DNA of 64,000 nucleotides, from sequence record NC_031043.1; one strand, written 5' to 3'. This document shows positions 28,730-37,467 of the stretch, piece after piece (positions within the stretch are counted from its first letter, which is position 1; each line of letters opens with the position of its first letter). A model generated the notes under the pieces. The model was not told where the DNA came from. It did no database searches and saw only the letters and a list, made by a program, of their open reading frames with translations. A program made the translations under genes and the position numbers.

Positions 28730-29782
28730 ATGGAAAATTTAGACCAAGACTTGGACAAAGATTACGCCACACTGTCTGAGGATTTCGAAACGGTGCTGGC
28801 CCTCGAGTCCATGGGTGCTAGACCGCATGACGTAGCAATGCTCACCATTGCCAAGCGTTGGGTAGCACAAGAGTATTACGGTGAGAATGGCGTTGCGCTC
28901 GGTAAGCGTATTACCAAGGACGCTGCGAAGGCTGCGTTAAAAGGCGGCTGGAAAGGCACGAAGAAACTCTCATCACATTTAGCCAATACTTTTATGGAGT
29001 GGGCAAAAGCGCGTGATGGACAGATTCGCCAGAAGCTGGCAGACGCTACTTCCAAAGGGGAGACGATTCGCCGTCGTTCTCAGAAGATGCAATCCACCGT
29101 ATTGGGTATGAAGTCGTGGCCTAAACACGAAATCAAATCTGGTGGGTGGACCGCTAAAGTTTGTCAGGAAGATGATATCAATGTTGACGCATGCATTCAA
29201 CTGGCTCAGAGCCATGGTAGTCTTGACGATATTGTCGAAGCCTACACCGTATTTACCAAATCCATCCTTAAGAACCCGGCCAAGCGTGAGGGGGACTCCC
29301 TTGCCAAGCTCGGCCACTCGACTTCTAAGGCTGTAAAACGCGCCTCAGGTATTCTGGGCATCGTAAAAACCAAAGCAGTGAATGCTTATCCGTTACCGGG
29401 TAACGTTATTGTGGTGGTACGTAACCCTGGCGTTGATTCTGAGGCCATACAGTTCGCTGTGGCCCGTGATGGGGAATATGGGGACACTATCCCCGCTTTA
29501 GACTTAGCGACGTGTAAGAAGGCTTTGATGGCCGCTGAGAAGCTCGGTGAAGCTATCTATGCCCGTGGCACCAAACGCGGGGTATTCTCGTATAACGGTA
29601 TCTACGACAGCATCCAGTCTATTGAAGGTGAGTTAGAGCGCGACGATTTATCGAACCGTGAAGTTCACCGTATTACCCAACGTTATAAAAACGCCATTGA
29701 AGTGGAAGATGCGATTACCACGGCACTGGTTCGTGTGGCTGAAGGTTTGATGGATTACGTTCAGCACTCCATTAAAAAATAA
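28730..29782 (+). CDS. Probable internal head (inner-body/ejection-type) virion protein
   Basis: Acidic propeptide with ALE and VAQE|YY sites, like the capsid VGQE|YY; TATG at 28701; terminators on both sides. Confidence 0.55.
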   Translation: MENLDQDLDKDYATLSEDFETVLALESMGARPHDVAMLTIAKRWVAQEYYGENGVALGKRITKDAAKAALKGGWKGTKKLSSHLANTFMEWAKARDGQIRQKLADATSKGETIRRRSQKMQSTVLGMKSWPKHEIKSGGWTAKVCQEDDINVDACIQLAQSHGSLDDIVEAYTVFTKSILKNPAKREGDSLAKLGHSTSKAVKRASGILGIVKTKAVNAYPLPGNVIVVVRNPGVDSEAIQFAVARDGEYGDTIPALDLATCKKALMAAEKLGEAIYARGTKRGVFSYNGIYDSIQSIEGELERDDLSNREVHRITQRYKNAIEVEDAITTALVRVAEGLMDYVQHSIKK

Positions 29783-29786
29783 AGGA

Positions 29787-29813
29787 TAAAGGGGCTTCGG
29801 CCCCTTTATTTTT
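29787..29813 (+). terminator. Intrinsic terminator
   Basis: Identical to 22916-22942. Confidence 0.85.
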
Positions 29814-29836
29814 TTAATACAAGACGAGGTCCTAAT

Positions 29837-30310
29837 ATGGACGAAATACAGGGTGTTGAATTTGTGGTGTTTACAGACCGGGACAGTGGGCTGTATTTAC
29901 AACTCGAGCCACAGATGTTGGAAATGGAAGCCGATTTAATTAAGCAGGAGCTTTTGTCCATGATGACCACATTCGGGTTATCGGCAGAGGGGGTGAGTTT
30001 TCCACCGGTCAAGCCGGATTGGTGGAAGAATACTTTGCTGGTAGCTTATAATGACGAACGTGTACACGGGTTCATCAGTCTCAGAGAAGAAGTGAGTACC
30101 CAAGGTAAGATTTATAACCTTTACGTTCATCCACAATCCCGTGGCTATGGCATTGCATCGGAACTGATTGCTCGTGCAGAGACGATGGCCAAGGAGATGG
30201 GTTATGACACAGTCTGTCTGGAAGTGATGCATGATAACCCGGTTGCTGAAGCTTTATACAGCAAACAGGGTTATAAAATGCTGACCAGAAAGATGTCTAA
30301 ACTCATTTAA
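29837..30310 (+). CDS. GNAT acetyltransferase (RimI-like)
   Basis: LYVHPQSRGYGIASEL; V..DNPVAEALYSKQGY. Confidence 0.9.
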   Translation: MDEIQGVEFVVFTDRDSGLYLQLEPQMLEMEADLIKQELLSMMTTFGLSAEGVSFPPVKPDWWKNTLLVAYNDERVHGFISLREEVSTQGKIYNLYVHPQSRGYGIASELIARAETMAKEMGYDTVCLEVMHDNPVAEALYSKQGYKMLTRKMSKLI

Positions 30311-30366
30311 TGCAATAAAAACAATAAGATACTGTAGTATGGATACCCGGGCATGGAGTTTTTTAT

Positions 30367-31002
30367 ATGGTCACTATTAAAAACGCTGTTGCAAGCGAAG
30401 GACGTCGCTACACCTTTAAAGTTAAGTGTTATTCACTACCGGTTCATTTAGGTTGGACGGCAGCCCGTATTTGGGGAAGGGTTTGGTATCTTCCTCCTGG
30501 TCTGTCACGCCACCTCGAGGCAAATTACATTGACGCGGTCTTCCGCGCTGGTGAATCTCCTCAACTCCGCGACTTCAATCGTATCTGTGCGGCTTACACA
30601 ACACGTGTGGGTACAACAGACGCGACAAGGAATGGAGTCTATTGGGACGGCAAGAATCTCTTTTACGTTGGTCAAAAATACTCAAAGCCTACTGTTAAAG
30701 AAGTAAGGGTGGAGACAGCAAAGGGCAACTATATCGGTATTGACGTTACTGTCACCGGTGAAAATGAAACCCTGCGCTATCAATTACTCACCGATATGGA
30801 TGTCGATATTCGCACCTTTTATAAATATCTTCTCTTTTATAAGCACCGTATATCGGTGCGTGCTGTGGTTGGTGCATTTGGCAAGTTTGCCTCCATGCCC
30901 TACCCGCGAGACAAACGTCTGGAGGGCGAATGTATTACGATGAACTTAGACGGTACACTGCTGGATTGTGCTCGGCAGTTACGGCAAAAGACAACAGCCT
31001 AG
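30367..31002 (+). CDS. Hypothetical protein
   Basis: SD ggag. Confidence 0.7.
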   Translation: MVTIKNAVASEGRRYTFKVKCYSLPVHLGWTAARIWGRVWYLPPGLSRHLEANYIDAVFRAGESPQLRDFNRICAAYTTRVGTTDATRNGVYWDGKNLFYVGQKYSKPTVKEVRVETAKGNYIGIDVTVTGENETLRYQLLTDMDVDIRTFYKYLLFYKHRISVRAVVGAFGKFASMPYPRDKRLEGECITMNLDGTLLDCARQLRQKTTA

Positions 31003-31301
31003 CTGATGTAAAGGTTGCACTGGAGGCGCTCCCCAATCCACCTAAGGTGGTGTTGGAAGAACGTACGAAGGGCAACTCTACCCAATGTCACATTCGGGTT
31101 TACGTTGGCAATGACTGCTTCCACATGCGTTGTGTAATTAGCGAGTTGGCATTCGCGGTTATGCGGTCCAGTGTGAGTGTGGCAGGCGAACGGAAAGAGT
31201 GGTGCTGGAACTCAAAACCAGATGACTTTAAATTCGAAGGTACTGACGTTGAACGACAAACAGTACATTCATTTATAGCCGCAATCATTAACGCGTTATA
31301 A
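30930..31301 (+). CDS. Hypothetical protein (73-nt overlap with previous gene)
   Basis: SD ggaggg before 30930; fills the gap to the next gene. Confidence 0.6.
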   Translation: MYYDELRRYTAGLCSAVTAKDNSLADVKVALEALPNPPKVVLEERTKGNSTQCHIRVYVGNDCFHMRCVISELAFAVMRSSVSVAGERKEWCWNSKPDDFKFEGTDVERQTVHSFIAAIINAL

Positions 31302-31310
31302 GGTGCAGTT

Positions 31311-31913
31311 ATGATTTTAGAATCTCTTTTTCGTATTACCAACTCCCGCTACCAAAAAAAGAACGAGCTCCCTGCACATGTCACAATTCGCCGACATGGG
31401 TTTGAACGTAAGTATCACATTCAAACTATCGTGGCGATAGCATCGCGCATCGCGGGCAAGAAACGCACTATCGGTGTGAGCGATGCAGCTAACGCTGCAG
31501 CGATTATCCGGATTGCTGCCCGTGAAATGTTTAAGTACCGTAAGTCATCCCCTGTAGCATGTTGGGCGTTGCGTGATGTACCTAAAACGCAATTGCCTGC
31601 AGAAGCCCGTGTGGTTGACTTGCGTGAGCAACATCTGAATGTAGAAGGGTTGGTTCTGGACCGACTGATGCGGGTTATTAGCGGTGACCAAGAAGGTCTC
31701 TGTACGCAACAGCACGGCCAAGCAGCGATTGCCAAATTGCTGGAAACCGACATCATCATTGTTAACACGCCTCTTGAGTCGTCACGTATGCAAGACTATC
31801 TTGCGCGTCGTGTCCTGAAGCCGGTTGTGGTAACAGGGGACGAAATCAAAGGCTACTACGAGGCACCGGTAACTGAGGGCCAGTGGAGTAAGCCAACAGT
31901 GGCGTACGGTTGA
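31311..31913 (+). CDS. Hypothetical protein, 200 aa
   Basis: SD aaggtg; coupled to the dTMP kinase gene. Confidence 0.8.
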   Translation: MILESLFRITNSRYQKKNELPAHVTIRRHGFERKYHIQTIVAIASRIAGKKRTIGVSDAANAAAIIRIAAREMFKYRKSSPVACWALRDVPKTQLPAEARVVDLREQHLNVEGLVLDRLMRVISGDQEGLCTQQHGQAAIAKLLETDIIIVNTPLESSRMQDYLARRVLKPVVVTGDEIKGYYEAPVTEGQWSKPTVAYG

Positions 31914-31917
31914 TAAC

Positions 31918-32565
31918 ATGAAAAAACCTTTTGTAATTGCTGTGGGTGGGCCGGACTACGGTGGCAAGTCGACGTTCTGTGCGGCTGTCACTAATTTACT
32001 GGCGGCTGCTGGGTATACCGCGGAGACCATTGGTTTCCCAAGTGCTGCGCCCACAGGTTTGGCTGCACGTGAGTCAATTCGAGCATTTGAACCTCCGGCA
32101 GTCCAAGCTCAGAAACTGGTGAAAGATTTCAAAACTCACCTCAATGAGTTTGGACGCAAGACGGCTGATGTTATTCTCCTCGACCACTTTGTCGTTTCGA
32201 CGATTATGCACCAGGGTGACGAGGGGAAAGAAGCGGTCTTCTCAAGTGGTATCCTACGCCACAACTTTAGTCCTGAAGTCTACGTAGAGATTACGTGTGA
32301 CTACGATACCATGCAGACGCGTGCTATAGAGCGACTCAGGGAGAAGGGTGAAGTCTGGGATGACGTGCTGACTGCGAAATACATGGCAACGCCTGAAGCT
32401 TGGCAGAAGCTGGTAGAACGTAGTGAGTTTGGCCACCGCATCGTAACAGACTCCGGTGAACGCCGTGAATGGATTAGACTCAATGCTCGCTGGAATAGCA
32501 GCCATGCATTGGATCTTGTTCTGAAGCTGGTACGGACGTTTGAGAGCGAACGCGAACCTGCCTAA
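31918..32565 (+). CDS. Thymidylate (dNMP) kinase-like protein
   Basis: P-loop GPDYGGKST, FPS motif, LLDHFVVST (DR-motif variant), P...V...C...T...R lid region. Confidence 0.75.
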   Translation: MKKPFVIAVGGPDYGGKSTFCAAVTNLLAAAGYTAETIGFPSAAPTGLAARESIRAFEPPAVQAQKLVKDFKTHLNEFGRKTADVILLDHFVVSTIMHQGDEGKEAVFSSGILRHNFSPEVYVEITCDYDTMQTRAIERLREKGEVWDDVLTAKYMATPEAWQKLVERSEFGHRIVTDSGERREWIRLNARWNSSHALDLVLKLVRTFESEREPA

Positions 32566-32571
32566 TGGTGT

Positions 32572-32610
32572 ACGCCTTGACTTCGGTCAGGGCGTCATCA
32601 ATTATTTTTT
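32572..32610 (+). terminator. Intrinsic terminator
   Basis: acgccttgac-ttcg-gtcagggcgt followed by a T-run. Confidence 0.75.
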
Positions 32611-32633
32611 CAGATAGATATTATCTTTGTGAA
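32604..32633 (+). promoter_or_regulatory. Early promoter variant
   Basis: CAGATAGATATTATCTTTGTGAA, same spacing as the 1793/26766 motif and nearly identical to 44090-44112. Confidence 0.65.
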
Positions 32634-32680
32634 AATAACATGGTAATGCCATGCTATGCCGAAAAACGTGGAGTAATAAA

Positions 32681-33538
32681 ATGCAGACCAAAAGACTTAC
32701 CTTGACCCATTTGCAAAGGAGTGAATGGAGAGGTCAATTGAATGCGATGTCTGATGCCTATCCGGTTCGTGATACTCTGTGGAACATGGAGAAGAATGGA
32801 GCACAGACCGCAATTCAGGTAGATGAGAATAATCGCATCGTGGCGTTCTTTACCATGATGCCGGGTGTGCAAGAAGGCGACGCGGTGGGCTTAATCTTCG
32901 GTAATGGCGAAGGGGCGACAGAAACCTTTACAGAAGAGGCCATGCGCTTATTCGGCCACAAGGTACTGCGGATGCAAGTACCACAAAAACATTTCCATGC
33001 CACAGCAGAACGCTTGGGCATTATTAAGAACTTTACTATTCTGCACTACCATGGCGATGCGCCGGGTAGCCAGCCCGATGGTGTGGAGTTAGTCAGCGGG
33101 GATATGTTCGAAGCGCTCTCGGGCGAAGACATTGTCCAGATGCGCCGACTGTTAGAATACGCTGTTAGTGTGGAAGAGAAACACGACCGTTTGAAGCGTG
33201 AGCATCTGAAGCACTACGACAGCAGTAATGTAATTAAACGCATGAAAGACTTTGGGTTCTTCTCCATGGTCTATCGTGTTGAAGGTGAAGTGGTGGGAAT
33301 GATTGCCGCACAAGCCGGTAGTCAGTGGGTAGAAGTTTGTGGATTGGCCGTCTCGGAAGAACACCAACGTAAAGGTGTTGGTACCAACCTGATTCTTGGC
33401 TTGATGCATTTGCTGGGCGAGTATTACAACCAGTTCGCGGCCATGGTGTTTACCGATAACGTAGACTCTGTTGGACTGTTTACTAAATTAGGCTTCGAAG
33501 AAGAAGCTGCATTATTCATGAAACTTGTTGAGGATTAA
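32681..33538 (+). CDS. Tandem-domain GNAT acetyltransferase 1
   Basis: C-terminal motif A LAVSEEHQRKGVGTNL and N..SVGLFTKLGF; N-terminal half looks like a degenerate GNAT. Confidence 0.85.
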   Translation: MQTKRLTLTHLQRSEWRGQLNAMSDAYPVRDTLWNMEKNGAQTAIQVDENNRIVAFFTMMPGVQEGDAVGLIFGNGEGATETFTEEAMRLFGHKVLRMQVPQKHFHATAERLGIIKNFTILHYHGDAPGSQPDGVELVSGDMFEALSGEDIVQMRRLLEYAVSVEEKHDRLKREHLKHYDSSNVIKRMKDFGFFSMVYRVEGEVVGMIAAQAGSQWVEVCGLAVSEEHQRKGVGTNLILGLMHLLGEYYNQFAAMVFTDNVDSVGLFTKLGFEEEAALFMKLVED

Positions 33539-33542
33539 TAAC

Positions 33543-34409
33543 ATGCTGTTCTCTAAAATTCCTGCAGTAAGCGGAAGTTACGTTATTCCAGACATGGCTA
33601 TCGAGCTGGGCGAGATGATTCGTCATTTCCAGATGCAAGGTGGCGAGGTCTACGCGATGAAAACTGAAACGCAAGAGTACGCTGCGTTCATTGGTATCAT
33701 GAAGTCACACATCGAAGGTATCCTGGAAATCGGCATGATGCACACCGTTGCCAACAGCGAAGACCTGACACTGAACGACCGCTTCCTTGAGCACATTCTC
33801 AGTGAAGAAAACGCGCAGGCTTTGCGTTGTCAGTTGACCGACGAAAGCAGTTGTGGATTGGTGGAAGGTCTGGGCTTCTCGCACGAATCGACCATCTTCG
33901 GCTCTGACCTGCTGGAACAGGACACCGACGAATCCCTTATCAGTGTCGCGGGGAAAGCGTTTGATTACCTGACCCCTGACCAGATTACCCAACTGCGTGC
34001 ATTGGTAGTAGATGGGGCGAAGGAAGAGTCTGAGTATACAGGCCAGCCGTATCACACGCCAGATGAGCAACTCGACCAACTCATCGAACGTATCCGTAAT
34101 GCGCAGGATGATGTCTTCGTGAAAGTGGTTGATGAACAGCTTATTGCTGCACTGGCCATTGACCCGAACGCACAATATCCAATCATCAGCACCGTACTGG
34201 TGCACCCTGAGCATCGTCTCCAGGGAATTGGTCGTGCACTGATTAACAAAGCGGTGAAGGAATATGCCCGTGAAGACACGCTGGTCCTGGCAGTTGTGTT
34301 AGAAGCGACTCCTCACCTGAAAGAGTTCTTCACCAATTCGGGTCTGATTCCAGTCGCCCGCATTTACCGTTACCTGCGTCTTGAAGGTGTTGAGGGTGAA
34401 TCTGCATGA
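33543..34409 (+). CDS. Tandem-domain GNAT acetyltransferase 2
   Basis: VLVHPEHRLQGIGRALI; FFTNSGL. Confidence 0.85.
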   Translation: MLFSKIPAVSGSYVIPDMAIELGEMIRHFQMQGGEVYAMKTETQEYAAFIGIMKSHIEGILEIGMMHTVANSEDLTLNDRFLEHILSEENAQALRCQLTDESSCGLVEGLGFSHESTIFGSDLLEQDTDESLISVAGKAFDYLTPDQITQLRALVVDGAKEESEYTGQPYHTPDEQLDQLIERIRNAQDDVFVKVVDEQLIAALAIDPNAQYPIISTVLVHPEHRLQGIGRALINKAVKEYAREDTLVLAVVLEATPHLKEFFTNSGLIPVARIYRYLRLEGVEGESA

Positions 34410-35242
34410 TTACAGTCGGCCACGCTAAATCGTTCCCAGTTGCTATCTGGGATCAAATTCAGGCAGTTGCTACTCCAGAAATTCTGGAAGCTGCGAATGA
34501 GTTAGATGTAAAGTTCATTGTAGAGTCGGACGAGGGTGGTTTCCTCGTTGCGTACTCAGCAGGCAAATGCCTAGAGAACTATTACCTCTGTTTCGGTATT
34601 TGGTGTTTTGGCAGTCCACCGTCTGATAACTTCATGCACGAAGGTATGGCTGCGCTTAAAATGGTAGTTGCGCCTTTAACTTCGGAATACGACTCAGAAG
34701 AGTTCGAACGGCTAGGTTTTACACTGCAGCATCGTCTTTACTGCTCGTCCGGACATATCCCGTTGGAAACCCCGGAAGGGATTCAGGGGATGGACGCAGT
34801 GCCAGTAGTTGACTGGAAGAAGTACGAGTTGTCACTCGCCATGCAATTGGAAATTCATAACCCGACTGAATCTGGGCGGGGTTACGAAGAACCGTGTAAG
34901 AAACTGTTCGAACGTATTACTGCGGAGCCGGAACTGGCATATGTTAAGATTGTTGATGGGCAGATTCAAGGCCTATTGATAATGCAGAAGTCAGAGTGGC
35001 CGCCCGGGCAGAATATCCACCCGAGCCTGAACACTGAGCTGTATATGCCGGTATCCTTGGTGGCGCTACATCCCGAAGCTTCGGGCACTATCGCTTCTGA
35101 ATTACTGCATTATGCTGCTGTCCGTTTGGAATCTCAGAACCGCCGTATCAGTCTGCAAGTCACGGAAGAAAGTGAATCTTTTCTTCGCGACACCCTGAAA
35201 TTCCAATATATTTATACCGCATACCAGTACGTCAAGGAATAG
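34406..35242 (+). CDS. GNAT-like protein 3 (degenerate motif A)
   Basis: Same size and layout as its neighbours; VALHPEASGTIASELL lacks the R/Q-x-x-G-x-G/A consensus; ATGA overlap. Confidence 0.6.
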   Translation: MITVGHAKSFPVAIWDQIQAVATPEILEAANELDVKFIVESDEGGFLVAYSAGKCLENYYLCFGIWCFGSPPSDNFMHEGMAALKMVVAPLTSEYDSEEFERLGFTLQHRLYCSSGHIPLETPEGIQGMDAVPVVDWKKYELSLAMQLEIHNPTESGRGYEEPCKKLFERITAEPELAYVKIVDGQIQGLLIMQKSEWPPGQNIHPSLNTELYMPVSLVALHPEASGTIASELLHYAAVRLESQNRRISLQVTEESESFLRDTLKFQYIYTAYQYVKE

Positions 35243-35262
35243 CCTCCCGACGACCCTTACTG

Positions 35263-35334
35263 ACCCACACATGCTATGGATAACGTTGCCAGCTTAGAAG
35301 CCGCTACCCAAGCGGATGTGTGGGTTTTATTTTA
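35263..35334 (+). other. Branched RNA structure / atypical terminator
   Basis: 10-bp stem acccacacat/atgtgtgggt encloses the hairpin ccgct-accca-agcgg; T-run follows. Confidence 0.45.
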
Positions 35335-35374
35335 CCCCCCCGTATTGCGTTACAAGTCCTTTTATGGAGAAACC

Positions 35375-35641
35375 ATGAGTCAGAACATCAATCGCAAAGT
35401 TAGTGCCAAGAAAGACGTGTACTATATCGTTGACGACGTTATCCGCGGTGTCATCGACAAGGAGGGTGTGTTACACCTAGCAGTATCGGACGACATCGGA
35501 CGCCCCGAGCGCCGTATGTTGGACCAGCTGGTTGTCAAAGCAAAACATCGTGACGGTGTTCGTAGCGTTAGCGAAATCGCAGGTGCCAACATGATGCTGG
35601 TAAACGGCGAGGTAGCTGTCAAACGCACTGCTGCAGTATGA
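35375..35641 (+). CDS. Hypothetical protein
   Basis: SD ggag before 35375. Confidence 0.75.
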   Translation: MSQNINRKVSAKKDVYYIVDDVIRGVIDKEGVLHLAVSDDIGRPERRMLDQLVVKAKHRDGVRSVSEIAGANMMLVNGEVAVKRTAAV

Positions 35642-36033
35642 CGACGTCAAAGTTCGATCTCAAAGTACACCCAGACCGGGTGCATCGTTGCGAAGATAAT
35701 ATCGCAAAACTGTCTAAAATGATTGAGTTGAAAGGTCCCCGCTCGCCGGAGGGTCTGATACGGATTCGTCGTAAGTTGATGCTTATCCATTCTTACATCT
35801 ATTATAAGGTGGGGGCGAGTGCAATTTCTGATGATGTGTGGCAACGTTGGGCATATGACCTCGTAGTGCTACAAGACAGTTTCCCACACCTGTGTAACAT
35901 CGACTACTACGATGAGGCATTTGTGGACTGGGACGGTTCTACTGGTATGGACCTTCCGTACGACGACACTATCGTGGCAGAAGCCGTGAAAGAGTATCGT
36001 ATGTACACGGGTCAAGTTTTGGATGTTGTCTAG
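35638..36033 (+). CDS. Stand-alone NAD-dependent DNA ligase domain Ia-like protein
   Basis: IHSYIYYKVGASAISDDVWQRW..DL..LQDSFP aligns with E. coli LigA [26 protein letters not shown].KHP. Confidence 0.7.
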   Translation: MTTSKFDLKVHPDRVHRCEDNIAKLSKMIELKGPRSPEGLIRIRRKLMLIHSYIYYKVGASAISDDVWQRWAYDLVVLQDSFPHLCNIDYYDEAFVDWDGSTGMDLPYDDTIVAEAVKEYRMYTGQVLDVV

Positions 36034-36077
36034 CGAACACCGAGTGCGATGAGAAACGTCACTCAATGGGGGTTCGT

Positions 36078-36236
36078 ATGGCTATTCATGTCCTAATGGG
36101 TGCATTAATCTCAGCAGCGGTTTGGGAATGTCTGACTATGCTTTTACGGATAGGTAGCGTTCCCATTATTCAGCGACTGGGGATAATGGGAATATGGATG
36201 GGAATGTATTTTGCCATGTTCCATTTCGAAGTATAA
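36078..36236 (+). CDS. Small two-TM membrane protein, 52 aa (not in ORF track)
   Basis: MAIHVLMGALISAAVWECLTMLLRIG...IMGIWMGMYFAMFHFEV; fills an intergenic gap. Confidence 0.55.
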   Translation: MAIHVLMGALISAAVWECLTMLLRIGSVPIIQRLGIMGIWMGMYFAMFHFEV

Positions 36237-36268
36237 TTGCCGCAAGATTTCTCTGGGAGTAGAGAGTC

Positions 36269-36457
36269 ATGTCGTATAACATTGAAATAGTTCCTAAACG
36301 TAAAATTGGTGCAGCACGCCGTATTAGTGCCGTACAACTATATGCACAGCGTAATGGTTTAGATTACACAGAAGCAGCTAGCAAACTGGCATCCACGCCT
36401 CTTGATGACATCCTCATCGAGCTCGGTCTAAGACCGAAACAAGAAGCTGTAGTGTAG
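36269..36457 (+). CDS. Small hypothetical protein, 62 aa
   Basis: SD ggag; terminator follows. Confidence 0.7.
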   Translation: MSYNIEIVPKRKIGAARRISAVQLYAQRNGLDYTEAASKLASTPLDDILIELGLRPKQEAVV

Positions 36458-36466
36458 CGTTTCACT

Positions 36467-36502
36467 GGCGACCTCTTCGGGGGTCGTCGTCTTATATTTT
36501 TT
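36467..36502 (+). terminator. Intrinsic terminator
   Basis: ggcgacctc-ttcg-ggggtcgtc (with GU pairs) followed by a T-run. Confidence 0.6.
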
Positions 36503-36516
36503 ATTTGGAGTAATCA

Positions 36517-36975
36517 ATGAGAACCAGTCCCGCATTAGAAGAGATTATGGAATCGTTCGGCGCTCAAGGTAGCGACTGCGCCCATTTCATTAGCAATGCC
36601 CGTGTCGGTTACCGTATCCGCCGTAGTAAGATAAAGAATGGGCAGCGTGACATCCTCCTTATTAGCAGTGGCATCTATATCTGGTATCATCGTATCGATA
36701 TCGAGAAGATGCTAAGTGGTATTAGCGTGGTGGTATATAACCCACAAGACCCACCGCGTGATATTATCCAGCGTACTCTACATCTGCAGAACATGGACGA
36801 GTTAAAGTTCAGCGACATCAAGTGCGATAAAAAGAAACGTAAACTGTACGTTACTATATCGGCGAAACGCGACTCGATGATATATCGGGGTGGTGGGCGT
36901 GTTTATCTGACATTGCGCGGCGAAGATTTCAATACGATGCTATTAACTTGGACTAAGCGAGTTAGCAGCAAATAA
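36517..36975 (+). CDS. Dispersed paralogue of the virion tail-protein domain
   Basis: IWYHRIDIEKML.GISVVVYNPQD..RDII...SMIYRG aligns with ITYNRLEMPVMF..VVPVVVTNPVD..SDLL...SLAWTG of 53133. Confidence 0.55.
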   Translation: MRTSPALEEIMESFGAQGSDCAHFISNARVGYRIRRSKIKNGQRDILLISSGIYIWYHRIDIEKMLSGISVVVYNPQDPPRDIIQRTLHLQNMDELKFSDIKCDKKKRKLYVTISAKRDSMIYRGGGRVYLTLRGEDFNTMLLTWTKRVSSK

Positions 36976-36984
36976 AAAATTACA

Positions 36985-37027
36985 TTAGTGCGCAGTCATA
37001 TGCGCACTAAGAACCCTTATTTTTTTG
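36985..37027 (+). terminator. Intrinsic terminator
   Basis: ttagtgcgca/tgcgcactaa 10-bp stem followed by a T-run. Confidence 0.7.
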
Positions 37028-37038
37028 TGGAGTAGAGA

Positions 37039-37458
37039 ATGAACGTAGCTCTCTTTGTTGACCAGGCTCGAATGCACTGTAGTAATGAAATCGACCGCAT
37101 GACCGACCGTAAATTGGCATTACGTTTTGCCTCCCTTATTGATACGCTAACGACAACTGCGATTAAACGCGAAGTCGCTATCGAAACCGCCCAAGAGGCG
37201 CTGCGTACTTTGACCACGCTGGGTATTCGTATCGGCCTCGATGAAGATGACCTCCTCGTCTCTTTGCATTCGCCGTCTACCCCATCAGTCCCGCCTCTCG
37301 TGCAGTCCGGTTACCTCTCTGCCAAATACGCGTTGGACTGTGTTGTGGCTGTACACGTTGCGAACTGGGACCGTGCCGTAGGTTCGTTCAAAGCATTATT
37401 AGAGTGGCGCAATATTACGTTTCAAGATGTGCTCTCCTCATTCATCCTTCGCGATTAA
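37039..37458 (+). CDS. Hypothetical protein
   Basis: SD ggag. Confidence 0.75.
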   Translation: MNVALFVDQARMHCSNEIDRMTDRKLALRFASLIDTLTTTAIKREVAIETAQEALRTLTTLGIRIGLDEDDLLVSLHSPSTPSVPPLVQSGYLSAKYALDCVVAVHVANWDRAVGSFKALLEWRNITFQDVLSSFILRD

Positions 37459-37467
37459 GGTTTTAGC

